Positions 1 through 8,041 of a DNA stretch of 32,000 nt are shown in pieces. The DNA comes from an uncultured archaeon (GTDB lineage: Archaea; Iainarchaeota; Iainarchaeia; Iainarchaeales; CSSED10-239): contig CAZCAP010000004.1 in NCBI GenBank assembly GCA_964496765.1, forward strand, positions 22,956 through 54,955, in the 5' to 3' direction. The translations under genes were made by a program, and so were the position numbers. The stretch's first letter is position 1. Each line of letters begins with the position of its first letter. Under the pieces are notes generated by a model. It ran no database searches and was not told where the DNA came from. It saw nothing but the letters and a program-made list of their open reading frames with translations.

Positions 1-180
1 TTTTGGGTTAATCTTGAAATCTTACAATCCAAAATAAAATAAGTCTGAACCAATATATATAAATCACACTACTTATTATGTACCAAAAAACACACGCAAC
101 AACTTATTAGTGTACACCTAAACAATATTGAAACACACAGGCGCAAATCACTCACAATTAACTAGAAAAAGTAAATCTAA

Positions 181-795
181 TCAACAAAGTTTACTTTTTG
201 GTTTATTTAATAATTGTTCATCAAGTATATGAGAAAAAGCACCAACCGATAAAAGTTTTTGATTACCATCAAGTGTTCTTACAATAAACTTGTGTATTGA
301 CTTTTCCTTTGGGCCAATAATAATTATATATGGAATTTTTTTTAATTCAGCATTTCTTATTTTTTTTTTAATATCCCCTGATTGATTTTCAATTTCAATT
401 CTTGCCCCTGTTTTTGAAAGACCAGTTTCTATTTCATTACAAAAATTAAGCATATCATTTCCATTTGGGATTAGTTTAACATGAACTGGCAATAACCAAA
501 AAGGAATTGAATTCATTTCCTTTTGCAATATTGCTTCTGGAATTTCATAAATATATGTTTTATCTTTATAACTAATAGAAAAATCATTCTTAATTTCAAT
601 TAACGAAGTGTTTTGAGACCCAGAAGTACTCTTATTGATGGGAACATCTGTGGTTTCTGAATTTTGCATAGTAGAATTAGAAACACAACTTGTATTCTTA
701 TTTGCATTTTTGAAATTATTACTTTGATAATGATTATTAAATTTGTTTTTCTTAAAAAAACTAAATCTCTGTTTTAAATTATTTGTTCGTTCCAT
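181..795 (-). CDS. Stand-alone class II aaRS anticodon-binding (HGTP-type) domain protein, ThrRS-like, with an N/S/T-rich N-terminal region
   Basis: The C-terminal ~110 aa (IPFWLLPVHVKLIP...AELKKIPYIIIIGPKE...FIVRTLDG) resemble by eye the ThrRS anticodon-binding domain (E. coli FPTWLAPVQVVIM...RRVPYMLVCGDKE...VAVRTRRG). No catalytic-core motifs are present. Start moved to ATG 795, because the track start at 837 overlaps the upstream gene. Confidence 0.6.
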   Translation of the reverse strand: MERTNNLKQRFSFFKKNKFNNHYQSNNFKNANKNTSCVSNSTMQNSETTDVPINKSTSGSQNTSLIEIKNDFSISYKDKTYIYEIPEAILQKEMNSIPFWLLPVHVKLIPNGNDMLNFCNEIETGLSKTGARIEIENQSGDIKKKIRNAELKKIPYIIIIGPKEKSIHKFIVRTLDGNQKLLSVGAFSHILDEQLLNKPKSKLC

Positions 796-811
796 ATAAA
801 TATCATCCAAA

Positions 812-1348
812 TTAAATAAACATAAATGCAAGCGCAATAAAATTATATATTAGATGTGCAGAGAAGGTAACCCATATATTTCCTGTCTTTTGATAAAATC
901 TTGCTAGTACAACACCCAAAACAAAGGCACCAATTATTTCTGTCACTGAGCCATAGAGTATATGCCCACAAGCAAATAGAGCTGAAGAAATAATTACGCC
1001 CACTCTCTTAACTAAAAAACCTCTAAAAAACCATTCCTCTAAAAACACTCTAATAACAAACAAATATATTATATAGATTGCAGACAGGGAAGTTATTTTT
1101 TCTCCAACAACAGAAAGATCCTGCACTCCAAATAAGCTTGAAACATAACTTATTGCAAAACTTATAATAAACATCAGAAAGAAAAGAATAACTACATTTC
1201 TAATAAATATTTTCCAATCAATTCTTTTCAAACCTTGAAGTTTAATTAATTCTTTTAATGTTACTACTTTACCATAAAAATACAAAAAGTATAATGGGAA
1301 GAATAAAAGAATGAAATCCAAAAAAAAATCATTTATTATAAAACCCAT
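812..1348 (-). CDS. CPBP family (CAAX/Abi-type) intramembrane glutamic protease
   Basis: Multi-pass hydrophobic protein with the EEWFFRG (EExxxR), FACGH (FxxxH) and SAHLIYN (HxxxN) motifs. Confidence 0.8.
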   Translation of the reverse strand: MGFIINDFFLDFILLFFPLYFLYFYGKVVTLKELIKLQGLKRIDWKIFIRNVVILFFLMFIISFAISYVSSLFGVQDLSVVGEKITSLSAIYIIYLFVIRVFLEEWFFRGFLVKRVGVIISSALFACGHILYGSVTEIIGAFVLGVVLARFYQKTGNIWVTFSAHLIYNFIALAFMFI

Positions 1349-1373
1349 AATTTAAAATCTCGGAAAATTAAAT

Positions 1374-1583
1374 TCATTCCCAAATGGTCATCCCACAATT
1401 TCCGCAGGCAAACCTGGTTCTACTATCTTTTCCCTTATGTGCACCCATAAATGTTCCAGCACCACATTTAGGACAATCTTTACCTTTTCTTGTAACCTCA
1501 TCACCAGTTACAGAATAAAATTTACTTTTCTTAACTTTTACACTTTCTTTATGTTTTGGTTTTCCTTTTTTTTCTTTACCCAT
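1374..1583 (-). CDS. rps27ae: 30S ribosomal protein S27ae (eS31)
   Basis: Zinc ribbon CPKCG...CGNCG with a K-rich N-terminus. The track start at 1592 is a GTG inside the SD-like GTGAT, so ATG 1583 is preferred. Confidence 0.9.
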   Translation of the reverse strand: MGKEKKGKPKHKESVKVKKSKFYSVTGDEVTRKGKDCPKCGAGTFMGAHKGKDSRTRFACGNCGMTIWE

Positions 1584-1594
1584 AATTATCACTT

Positions 1595-2029
1595 TTATTC
1601 TTTATCTTCCTTTGGCTTTTCTTCCTTTGGTTTATCTTCCTTTGGTTTATCTTCCTTTGGCTTTTCTTCCTTTGGTTTATCTTCCTTTGGCTTATCTTCC
1701 TTTGGTTTATCTTCCTTTGGCTTATCTTCCTTTGGTTTATCTTCCTTTATTGGTTCATCATGTGTTCCTGTTCTCTTTAATCTATATTCAAGCTCAATTT
1801 CTCTTAAAGCTTTCATATTATCATAAACCTTAATATATGCCTTTGAGATTTTAGTACCATAATCCTGTGATATCTTATCAATAACAATAAGCTTATCATC
1901 AATACCAAGGAGTGCGGCAATCTTTTTTTGGACCTCCTGTCTTGAAGGAGTCTTGTCAGCTCTTATTTTTGCTAAGACAGATGTTCTATGTAACAATTCA
2001 TTTTTTGATTTTTCCATTTCTATTTCCAT
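1595..2029 (-). CDS. rps24e: 30S ribosomal protein S24e (eS24) with a 50-aa (KEDKP)n C-terminal tail
   Basis: NELLHRTSVLAKI...TPSRQEVQKKIAALLG...YIKVYDN core. GGTGA SD 6 nt upstream of ATG 2029. Conserved S24e-S27ae pairing. Confidence 0.92.
   Translation of the reverse strand: MEIEMEKSKNELLHRTSVLAKIRADKTPSRQEVQKKIAALLGIDDKLIVIDKISQDYGTKISKAYIKVYDNMKALREIELEYRLKRTGTHDEPIKEDKPKEDKPKEDKPKEDKPKEDKPKEEKPKEDKPKEDKPKEEKPKEDKE
1598..1747 (-). repeat. In-frame tandem repeat, 15-bp unit x10 (cttcctttggYttWt on the plus strand), encoding KEDKP/KEEKP
   Basis: Read directly from the sequence. Units differ only at 1-2 positions. Confidence 0.95.
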
Positions 2030-2128
2030 AATTTTTCACCTAATAGTTAATTTTCATTTTATCTTTTAGAGAGGAGATAAAAAACAAATCTACTTTCGTA
2101 AATTCATGTAACTGTTTTGAATAAATAT

Positions 2129-2353
2129 TTATCTGCTAAGTCTTAATGCATACTTTCCTGGAGTTGTTACTTCCATTGCTTTTCCAATATCTGATTTGTC
2201 TGGATCAATGATCAGTGCGGTTCCCTTAAAGAATGTTGTGAAAATATTTGATCCACAAACAGGACAAACTTTAACAACTTCCTCTTTTCCTTCTTTTGTA
2301 ATTTCTGTTTCTTCAACAATTTTTCTACATTTTCTACAAACTTTTTTACTCAT
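2129..2353 (-). CDS. spt4: Transcription elongation factor Spt4 / RNA polymerase subunit E''
   Basis: CRKC...CPVCGS zinc ribbon followed by GTALIIDPDKSDIGK. GGTGA SD. 4-nt overlap with rpoE'. Confidence 0.88.
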   Translation of the reverse strand: MSKKVCRKCRKIVEETEITKEGKEEVVKVCPVCGSNIFTTFFKGTALIIDPDKSDIGKAMEVTTPGKYALRLSR

Positions 2354-2982
2354 TTCTTTTCACCTTTCTTTTTTTTTGGTGATTTTTTTGTATCTTTCTT
2401 TGATTCTTTCTCATTATCTTTTAATTTCTTTTTTTCTTTCTTAGTATCATATAATTGCCACTCTGGTTTACCTAACCCAAACCCTCTCATGGTTAACCCA
2501 ATCTTTGTATCAGCAATTGATTTTTTAAAACTAATATTTGCAACTCTTGCAAGAACCTTATCCCCAACTATCAATGTTCTTTTACTTTCTTTTGCAACAA
2601 AACCAGGTAATTCTGGATTATAGGAATTAAAATCTTGCATTACTTGTGAAACATGACACAAACCTTCAAAAGGCCCAATACTTATGAATGCACCAAAGTC
2701 AGTTGCCTGTGTAACGTTACCTTGAACCATTTCATGAAGCTTTGGCATATAGGTTACTACCTGAAATTTAACTTTGAAAAAAACATTAGAATCACCAGGA
2801 ATAATCTCACCAATATTATTTTCAAGAACATCTGTTACAAGAACGATTAATCCAACATCTTTATCAATTACTCCTTCATAGTCTTTGCATAATTGATCAA
2901 GAATAATATCTTTTAATTCTCCAGATAAGCTTAGAGGAGAAACCGCAACAATTCCTTCAACATTGTATTTTTTATAACTCAT
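2350..2982 (-). CDS. rpoE: DNA-directed RNA polymerase subunit Rpo7 (E') with S1 domain and a K-rich tail
   Basis: N-terminal Rpb7-like fold followed by an S1 motif (VQGNVTQATDFGAFISIGPFEGLCHVSQV). GGTGA SD 7 nt upstream. Confidence 0.9.
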   Translation of the reverse strand: MSYKKYNVEGIVAVSPLSLSGELKDIILDQLCKDYEGVIDKDVGLIVLVTDVLENNIGEIIPGDSNVFFKVKFQVVTYMPKLHEMVQGNVTQATDFGAFISIGPFEGLCHVSQVMQDFNSYNPELPGFVAKESKRTLIVGDKVLARVANISFKKSIADTKIGLTMRGFGLGKPEWQLYDTKKEKKKLKDNEKESKKDTKKSPKKKKGEKK

Positions 2983-3001
2983 ATTATTTTCACCATCATC
3001 T

Positions 3002-3445
3002 TTATTCTAATATCTTATTAATTTTATTTACTCTCGTCTCGTGCCTTCCACCTTCAAAAGGGGTTATTAAAAATAATTTAACAAACTCCAAAGCCTCTTC
3101 TTTTGTAATAAATCTCGCTGGTAATGCAATTATATTTGCATTATTATGTTCTCGTGCAAATTTTGTAATATCTTTATTCCAACAAAGGGCAGCTCTAACA
3201 TCAGGATATTTATTTGCAACCATGGAAACCCCATTTCCTGTTCCACAAATTATTATTCCTTTTTCATATTCTCCAACATTAATTGATTTAGCAAGTGGGT
3301 GAACAAAATCAGGATAATCAACACTTTCCTGTGAAAAACAACCAAAATCCTTTAAATCATACCCTTCCTTAGATAATTGTTCTTTAATATATTCTTTCAT
3401 TAAAAAACCAGCATGATCCGATCCTATTGGGATTAGGTTATCCAT
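3002..3445 (-). CDS. rpiB: Ribose-5-phosphate isomerase B (RpiB/LacA/LacB family)
   Basis: IGSDHAGF, IIICGTGNGVSMVANKYPDVRAALC and GGRHETRVNKI motifs. 147 aa, a typical length. Confidence 0.85.
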   Translation of the reverse strand: MDNLIPIGSDHAGFLMKEYIKEQLSKEGYDLKDFGCFSQESVDYPDFVHPLAKSINVGEYEKGIIICGTGNGVSMVANKYPDVRAALCWNKDITKFAREHNNANIIALPARFITKEEALEFVKLFLITPFEGGRHETRVNKINKILE

Positions 3446-3466
3446 TATCTATTATCTCCTATAATT

Positions 3467-3874
3467 TTATTCTAATATTGCACCCTGTGTTTTTAGAGTA
3501 ATTATCTTTGCATGTTTAAATCTTAATTTTTCTTTTAATATTTTATCGTTCGTGTATATAATATAATCTTTACTGTAATATATTAATAAATTATCTATTT
3601 TTTGATATCTTTCACTTTTGTCCACTAATTCATTGGGAACATCTATTACTTTATATTTCTCTTTAGCTTCAACTTTTTTTAAATATCTTAGAAGCATTTC
3701 TTTTCTTCTGGGTTTGTCCTTAAATACTTTTTCAACCTCACTATAGGTTTTATTAAGAATATAAAACTCTGCACTTGGAATTAATAGGGTAACTGCATCA
3801 AATATATCTTTTTGATTTTCATACATATAAATCAATATATTCGTATCAATTAAAATTTTATTTGATCTGCCCAT
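3467..3874 (-). CDS. PIN-domain nuclease (Fcf1/Utp24-like, conserved neighbour of aIF2-gamma in archaea)
   Basis: ILIDTNILIY N-terminal acidic motif and a late TND motif. Conserved operon position between aIF2-gamma and Rpo7. Confidence 0.75.
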   Translation of the reverse strand: MGRSNKILIDTNILIYMYENQKDIFDAVTLLIPSAEFYILNKTYSEVEKVFKDKPRRKEMLLRYLKKVEAKEKYKVIDVPNELVDKSERYQKIDNLLIYYSKDYIIYTNDKILKEKLRFKHAKIITLKTQGAILE

Positions 3875-5051
3875 ATCCAGATAATCTCCATCTACTGTTT
3901 ACGTTTCTACTAATTGCAACCGTATCATTCTTATAATAAACACAGTCCTTATCAAGAATTAATTGCAAATCACTACCCTTAATCTTAATAATTGTTGCAA
4001 GATATGCAGCTGAACCAATAATTAAAACGATTTTTTCAGAAACCTTTAGTGGGGTTTGATTTGGTTCAATCAACCTATCAATCTTACTATAATTTAAATT
4101 AATTTTGGATGAAATTTCTGGTTTATTTGTATCTGAACAAATTAATTGTCCAACCATACGATCAGAAAAGCAATAGAATGAATCAATTTCTGTTCCAACA
4201 GCAATAAGCCCACCTGGCCTTACTGATTTATAATTAATACCATTTGAATTTAATGATTTAATTGTTATTTGGATTGGTTTTGTAATTCCTGGATATAACC
4301 AAACCTTATCCCCTACACTTAGGGTTCCTTCCAATATTGCCCCACCAAGAACACCACCCACTAGCTTTTCAAGGTCTGTGCTTGGTTTATTAACATCAAA
4401 TGACCTAACAACCTGCATTTTAAGTGGGAGTTGATCATTATATTCAGGTGTTGGTATTTTACTTACTAGTGCATAAACTAATGCATCTATATTTGTATCA
4501 AAATGAGCTGATGTTGGAATTATTGGTGCATCCTTATATCCCACTTCATCTAAGAATGCTCTTAATTTTTCGTAATTTTCAATAGCTTTTTCTTTTGGAA
4601 CAAGATCAATCTTATTCTGTGAAATAACTATATTTTTTATGCCATGCATTTTAAGTGCTAAGATATGTTCAACTGTTCTTGGTTGTGGGCACTCCTCGTT
4701 TGCTGCAACAACCACGATTGCTCCATTTAGGAGGGTTGCACCAGACAACATAACAGCCATTAATGTTTCGTGACCAGGAGCATCAACAAATGAAACTCTT
4801 TTTATAAAATCAGTTTTACTTCCACAAAGTGCACAAACATTTTTTGTACCATAGGCAGAAATTCCAACACACTTTGGACAATGATAAAAATCAGCATCCG
4901 CATATCCTAGTCTTATGGATATCCCCTGTTTAATTTCATCAGAATGTCTATCTGTCCATTTTCCAGTTAATCTTGAGGTCAAAGTGGTTTTACCATGATC
5001 AACATGACCAACAACCCCAATATTAACCTCTGATTGTATTTCTTTTACCAT
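3858..5051 (-). CDS. eif2g: Translation initiation factor aIF2 subunit gamma
   Basis: VNIGVVGHVDHGKTTL G1 motif, DAPGHE, NKIDL, and a zinc-knuckle CPKC...CALCG. The start is ambiguous (GTG 5063, ATG 5057, ATG 5051). 5051 has the best spacing from GTGAT. Confidence 0.93.
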   Translation of the reverse strand: MVKEIQSEVNIGVVGHVDHGKTTLTSRLTGKWTDRHSDEIKQGISIRLGYADADFYHCPKCVGISAYGTKNVCALCGSKTDFIKRVSFVDAPGHETLMAVMLSGATLLNGAIVVVAANEECPQPRTVEHILALKMHGIKNIVISQNKIDLVPKEKAIENYEKLRAFLDEVGYKDAPIIPTSAHFDTNIDALVYALVSKIPTPEYNDQLPLKMQVVRSFDVNKPSTDLEKLVGGVLGGAILEGTLSVGDKVWLYPGITKPIQITIKSLNSNGINYKSVRPGGLIAVGTEIDSFYCFSDRMVGQLICSDTNKPEISSKINLNYSKIDRLIEPNQTPLKVSEKIVLIIGSAAYLATIIKIKGSDLQLILDKDCVYYKNDTVAISRNVNSRWRLSGYGQIK

Positions 5052-5065
5052 TTTCATTATCACAT

Positions 5066-5227
5066 CTATTTTATTTTTTTTATAGTAATTTTTCCTGCCA
5101 TATATTTTTTTTTAATTCTTTTTGCTCTATTTTTATTTGAGGAACCAGTTAGTTCGTATTCATTCCCTAATCTTAAAAGTTCTGGTTTTGGAATTCTTTT
5201 TCTAGGTAATCTTCCAGGTAGAGGCAT
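5066..5227 (-). CDS. Unannotated 53-aa highly basic protein (possible small ribosomal protein, eS30-like?)
   Basis: My translation is MPLPGRLPRKRIPKPELLRLGNEYELTGSSNKNRAKRIKKKYMAGKITIKKIK. GGTGA SD 6 nt upstream of the ATG. It fills the otherwise empty 176-bp gap between rps6e and eif2g. It lies below the track cut-off. Confidence 0.4.
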   Translation of the reverse strand: MPLPGRLPRKRIPKPELLRLGNEYELTGSSNKNRAKRIKKKYMAGKITIKKIK

Positions 5228-5239
5228 AAATTGTCACCA

Positions 5240-5662
5240 TCATTTCTTTTTACCCATTGGTTTTGGAATAGTGTCTTCTTTTACTTCTGCTTTTGATTTT
5301 TTATGTTTTTCTTCTAGAGTTTTTGTTGTACCTGCAATTATCCTCATATTTACTTGTTGAATTGTATTATCAATTATTCTTCCAATAATTCTTTTCTTTC
5401 TTCTTTCTCCCTTTCTTGTGGGTCTAAAGCCAATTCCTCTTGTTAACAACACTCTCTTACTTCCTGTTTGATCAAGTGTTGCAATCATAGGGAATCCTTG
5501 TTTATTTGATCCACCTGTAATAATTCCTTTAAGTCCTGCTTCAATAAAAGATAAATCAACTTCATCTTTTATCTTCTTACCAAGAAGAGTAAGCATTGTT
5601 TTTTCGTCTGCCTCAACAGAATATGTTTGTGCTGATTTTGAATCAGATATGTTTAACTTCAT
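5240..5662 (-). CDS. rps6e: 30S ribosomal protein S6e (eS6)
   Basis: MKLNISD...GKKIKDEVDLS...ITGGSNKQGFPM. The track start at 5674 is a GTG inside the SD GAGGTG, so ATG 5662 is preferred. Confidence 0.92.
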   Translation of the reverse strand: MKLNISDSKSAQTYSVEADEKTMLTLLGKKIKDEVDLSFIEAGLKGIITGGSNKQGFPMIATLDQTGSKRVLLTRGIGFRPTRKGERRKKRIIGRIIDNTIQQVNMRIIAGTTKTLEEKHKKSKAEVKEDTIPKPMGKKK

Positions 5663-5746
5663 ATTATAATACACCTCTTATTATTTCAAATCCTAATTTA
5701 TATTTTTTATTCTAATTATTGGTTATTTATCCAAGAAATATAACAA

Positions 5747-7501
5747 CTATTTTTCATCTTGTACTTTGTATCTTCTTTTTTGTGCTTCCTGTATTAATTT
5801 TTCTTCATCACCAGTAAACTGGAGCCCAATCTCTTCAAGCTTTTTAATATCTTCAAGAGAAATATTAACTGTAAACACAGAATCTTCTGTGAAATCCTTT
5901 AGGTAAGTTACTCCCTTAACTGAAATTGCTGCTTCTTTATCGTAATCTAAAGAAATAAGCTTGTTACCTTCTGTTTGAATTCCTTCAACAATACCAAACT
6001 CTTTTCCATCTTTATCAAGCAAAGTGGTTCCTGGAACTAATTTACCAGCTAAAACTTTAACTCCAAAGATTGCGGGTTTACTTACTCTAAATATACAATT
6101 TTTTACAACCTTAATCTTACAAGGATATACAATTTCTTTTAATAACTTATCTTTTTCTTGCCTGTTTAATTTAATAAGCCAAGCCTCATAGTCTTCTATT
6201 AATTTATATATAATATTGTTTTTAAATATAGGGATATTGCTCCCTATTGCTTCTTCTTCAAGTTCCTTTGATATATTTGAATTAAATAAAAATAAAACAC
6301 CTTTCTTTGGATCTCTCTCATTAATTATTTTTAATTCCATTATATCTTTATTTGTAACATCTCCGATATCTGATCTTGCAATGCAGATGAAACTTTTCCC
6401 CATTAATTTAATTAATGCTTCTAAAGATCCTAATGTATCTGATTTAACAAACGCACCCTCTGCCTCTCCATTCGTGATTACACAAGATAATGGTTTTGTT
6501 TTTAATGTTTCTATTGCTTCCCTATCATCACAGGAAACAATTACACTTCCTGGGATGCATTGATCTAGGCTTGGTGCAACAATCTTAACTCCAGATGCAG
6601 CAGATACAAAATCTACATTCTTATAATCTCTTTTTTTATTTACAGCAGACATTACATCTAATTTTAATAGAGCTTTTATTTTAGTTTCAATAACTCCAGA
6701 TTTGGATATAAATGCAATTTTATCTTTAACTCTTAATATTCCTTGATAAACTATAATATCTGCAGTTGAGCCTACGCCTTTAATTTCTCCAGATTCAAGT
6801 ATTGTTCCCTGTGCATAATCTTTTTCATCTAACTCTAATTTAGTTCCTAAAAATTTTTGAGATAATGTTGCTAGGAAAAGAATAGATTCTGATAATCCAT
6901 AACATTTTTCAGCAGATATTGGAATGATTGTAACTTGTTTTTTAAAGTCTGTAACCCTATCAAATCTTTCAGCAGCAAAACCATGATTATATAATTGTCC
7001 AACAATTTTATAGATTTGTTCATCAAGTCTTTCTGAAACTGATTTTGATTGTTTTTCAAGAACACTAGATATATCATTACCTTCCTGATACCAACCCTGT
7101 AGAAGATCAACCTTGTTTGCAACAACAATAAATGGTACCTTATACATTTTCAATATATTTAATGTTTCTATATCTTGTGCTTGAAGGCCTTTTATAATAT
7201 CAACAACTAGGACAACAAGATCTGCTAAGCTCCCTCCTCTTTCACGAAGATTATCAAATGCATTATGTCCAGGAGTATCAATAAACAATAATCCAGGGAT
7301 TGTAACTTCAAATTTAAATTTTGTTAATAGGTGACCACAACTATGTATGATTGTATCATAGGTAATTTCTGTAGCCCCAATGTGTTGTGTTATTCTACCA
7401 GGCTCTTTATCTGTAATACAGGTTCCTTTTATCTTATCTAGAAAAGTTGTTTTTCCAGAATCGATGTGACCCATGATTGTAATTATTGGTTGTCTATACA
7501 A
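5747..7501 (-). CDS. infB: Translation initiation factor aIF5B (IF-2 homologue)
   Basis: RQPIITIMGHIDSGKTTFLDKI, DTPGH and NKVD GTPase motifs. 584 aa with no intein. TTG start at 7501 with GGTGA 6 nt upstream. Confidence 0.93.
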   Translation of the reverse strand: MYRQPIITIMGHIDSGKTTFLDKIKGTCITDKEPGRITQHIGATEITYDTIIHSCGHLLTKFKFEVTIPGLLFIDTPGHNAFDNLRERGGSLADLVVLVVDIIKGLQAQDIETLNILKMYKVPFIVVANKVDLLQGWYQEGNDISSVLEKQSKSVSERLDEQIYKIVGQLYNHGFAAERFDRVTDFKKQVTIIPISAEKCYGLSESILFLATLSQKFLGTKLELDEKDYAQGTILESGEIKGVGSTADIIVYQGILRVKDKIAFISKSGVIETKIKALLKLDVMSAVNKKRDYKNVDFVSAASGVKIVAPSLDQCIPGSVIVSCDDREAIETLKTKPLSCVITNGEAEGAFVKSDTLGSLEALIKLMGKSFICIARSDIGDVTNKDIMELKIINERDPKKGVLFLFNSNISKELEEEAIGSNIPIFKNNIIYKLIEDYEAWLIKLNRQEKDKLLKEIVYPCKIKVVKNCIFRVSKPAIFGVKVLAGKLVPGTTLLDKDGKEFGIVEGIQTEGNKLISLDYDKEAAISVKGVTYLKDFTEDSVFTVNISLEDIKKLEEIGLQFTGDEEKLIQEAQKRRYKVQDEK

Positions 7502-7548
7502 TAGTTTTCACCAGGTTTAAATTATTAAAATTAATTTCTAATTACAAG

Positions 7549-7571
7549 AAAAAAAATTAAAAAAGAAAAAA
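7549..7571 (-). terminator. Oligo-T tract cluster (T6, T6, T8 on the minus strand) downstream of rpl24e
   Basis: Minus strand reads CCATTTTTTCTTTTTTAATTTTTTTTC 15 nt after the stop codon. Archaeal intrinsic terminators are oligo-T runs. Confidence 0.4.
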
Positions 7572-7585
7572 TGGAATTACTGTGT

Positions 7586-7792
7586 TCATTCATTTTTCTT
7601 TTGCCCTCTACCTTGTCTTTTCTTTTCAATATGATAGGTTTCAGTCCATCTTGTTTTATGAGACTTGTATTTTTTATCAAGTGTATTCTTTTTACACTTT
7701 GATGAGCAAAAGTTACTTACAGTTCCTTCTTTCTTTGCATACACAATTCCTGTTCCTTTAGGAATTTCCTTTCCGCAGAATGTACATTTCAT
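7586..7792 (-). CDS. rpl24e: 50S ribosomal protein L24e (eL24)
   Basis: MKCTFCGKEIPKGTG...FCSSKC zinc motif. Confidence 0.93.
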   Translation of the reverse strand: MKCTFCGKEIPKGTGIVYAKKEGTVSNFCSSKCKKNTLDKKYKSHKTRWTETYHIEKKRQGRGQKKNE

Positions 7793-7808
7793 ATTTAGTT
7801 ACCCCTTT

Positions 7809-8018
7809 TTAATGGACTCTTATGTCCTTTGCTTCTGTTTCTGGGTTCATTAAGATAAGGATATCTCCCTTACTTACTGTTCCACGTACATTTCTTTTTT
7901 TGATACGGCCTTTTTCATAACCATCAAGAATCTTACAAAGAACTTGTGTAGCTTCTCCACGTGAACCTGTTCTACCTACAATTTCTACGATTTCAGCAGG
8001 TATACCTTCTTCAGCCAT
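7809..8018 (-). CDS. rps28e: 30S ribosomal protein S28e (eS28)
   Basis: AEIVEIVGRTGSRGEATQV.CKILDG...RNVRG.V..GDIL. Confidence 0.93.
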   Translation of the reverse strand: MAEEGIPAEIVEIVGRTGSRGEATQVLCKILDGYEKGRIKKRNVRGTVSKGDILILMNPETEAKDIRVH

Positions 8019-8041
8019 ATAGATCTACTCCTTTATTTCTT

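Noticed and set aside
1-180. A/C-rich, G-poor non-coding segment sharing short strings with the rpl3 leader (ccaaaaaaca, agtgtaca, gcRcaaatcact at about 29208-29346); also a possible 13-codon plus-strand ORF tail ending at TAA 40-42
   Set aside because: The shared strings are 8-12 nt, are not colinear between the two regions, and lie in low-complexity DNA, so chance cannot be excluded by eye. The ORF tail is too short to evaluate without upstream sequence. No convincing RNA structure was seen.
1437-1833. Plus-strand ORFs 1437..1826 and 1612..1833 (SSFGLSSFG / LPLVYLPL repeats)
   Set aside because: These are antisense readings of the S24e/S27ae genes and their repeat. They stay open only because the repeat lacks stop codons in all frames.
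5747-7501. Inteins or introns in the large GTPase and translocase genes (aIF5B, aIF2-gamma, SecY) and an intron in tRNA-Leu
   Set aside because: Protein lengths are ordinary and the conserved motifs are contiguous. The tRNA anticodon loop is a standard 7 nt with no insertion after position 37.
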